Shown here: positions 15,957 through 16,217 of the stretch, piece after piece | How positions within the stretch are numbered: position 1 is the stretch's first letter | Layout of the letters: each line of letters begins with the position of its first letter | Assembly (NCBI GenBank): GCA_049967655.1 | Contig: JBMFSH010000050.1 | Location: forward strand, 1-16,217 | Direction of reading: 5' to 3' | Length of the DNA stretch: 16,217 nucleotides | Source: Acidobacteriota bacterium | Lineage (GTDB): Bacteria; Acidobacteriota; UBA4820; DSQY01 | Notes under the pieces: model-generated | What the model was told of the DNA's origin: nothing | What the model saw: the letters and a program-made list of their open reading frames with translations, nothing else | Database searches by the model: none | Program-made: the position numbers and the translations under genes

Positions 15957-16217
15957 TCAGAACACGTAGGCCAACATGAAGTAGACGGCCTTGGTCTTGG
16001 TGGTGTTCTTGCCCGATACGCCGTGTTCGTACCAGAGATTCATGAGGGGAAAATGTGGGAAGGTGAAACGCAATCCGATACCCGCTGCGCCTTCGTAATT
16101 GTTGCTGAAGGGCACCTCCAGTCCGGTCTGCTGGATGGTGGTGCTGTCCTGATGGTTGTAGTCATAGCGGATATTGGGCTGAACGTAAGGTGTGGCCATC
16201 CACGTGAAGATGAGATC
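15957..16217 (-). CDS. 3' end of a probable outer-membrane beta-barrel channel (possibly SphA/MetA-pathway-like); 5' end lies outside the window
   Basis: Frame is open to the window edge (DLIFTWMATPYVQP...). Alternating amphipathic strands (GIGLRFTF, LMNLWYEH) and a terminal aromatic beta-signal YFMLAYVF-stop. Confidence 0.6.
   Translation of the reverse strand, partial: DLIFTWMATPYVQPNIRYDYNHQDSTTIQQTGLEVPFSNNYEGAAGIGLRFTFPHFPLMNLWYEHGVSGKNTTKTKAVYFMLAYVF

Noticed and set aside
1..16217. CRISPR array, tRNA/rRNA, IS or integrase
   Set aside because: No regularly spaced repeats, cloverleaf or rRNA signatures, or transposase/recombinase motifs were seen.

Overview
High-GC bacterial window, probably from a diderm because the last gene looks like an outer-membrane barrel. 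It is devoted to uptake and CoA-activation of carboxylic acids and carries its own lysine acetylation/deacetylation circuit. Plus strand: acuB (CBS+ACT), acuC (Zn-dependent HDAC-family deacetylase), an MBL-fold hydrolase, a Pat-type GNAT/acyl-CoA-synthetase-fold acetyltransferase, a DUF6125-like Cys-rich protein, a divergent Acs-family ligase, a 512-bp structured intergenic region and a CstA-family transporter ending in RCC. Converging on the minus strand: the 3' end of a probable beta-barrel, a SatP/YaaH acetate channel, a medium-chain acyl-CoA synthetase, a LC-FACS/AlkK-type ligase and a BtrH-like papain-fold protein. Most notable: (1) writer, eraser, sensor and three candidate target ligases in one locus; (2) an identical 13-mer lying 13-14 bp upstream of predicted -35 boxes of both acuB and cstA; (3) an Acs with a rewired acyl pocket and A8 loop; (4) a Pat that keeps the phospho-His but has a shortened ATP-grasp; (5) a YbdD-like RCC tail on CstA. 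No rRNA, tRNA, CRISPR array or transposase was seen. All family calls come from motif recognition by eye, not from database searches.
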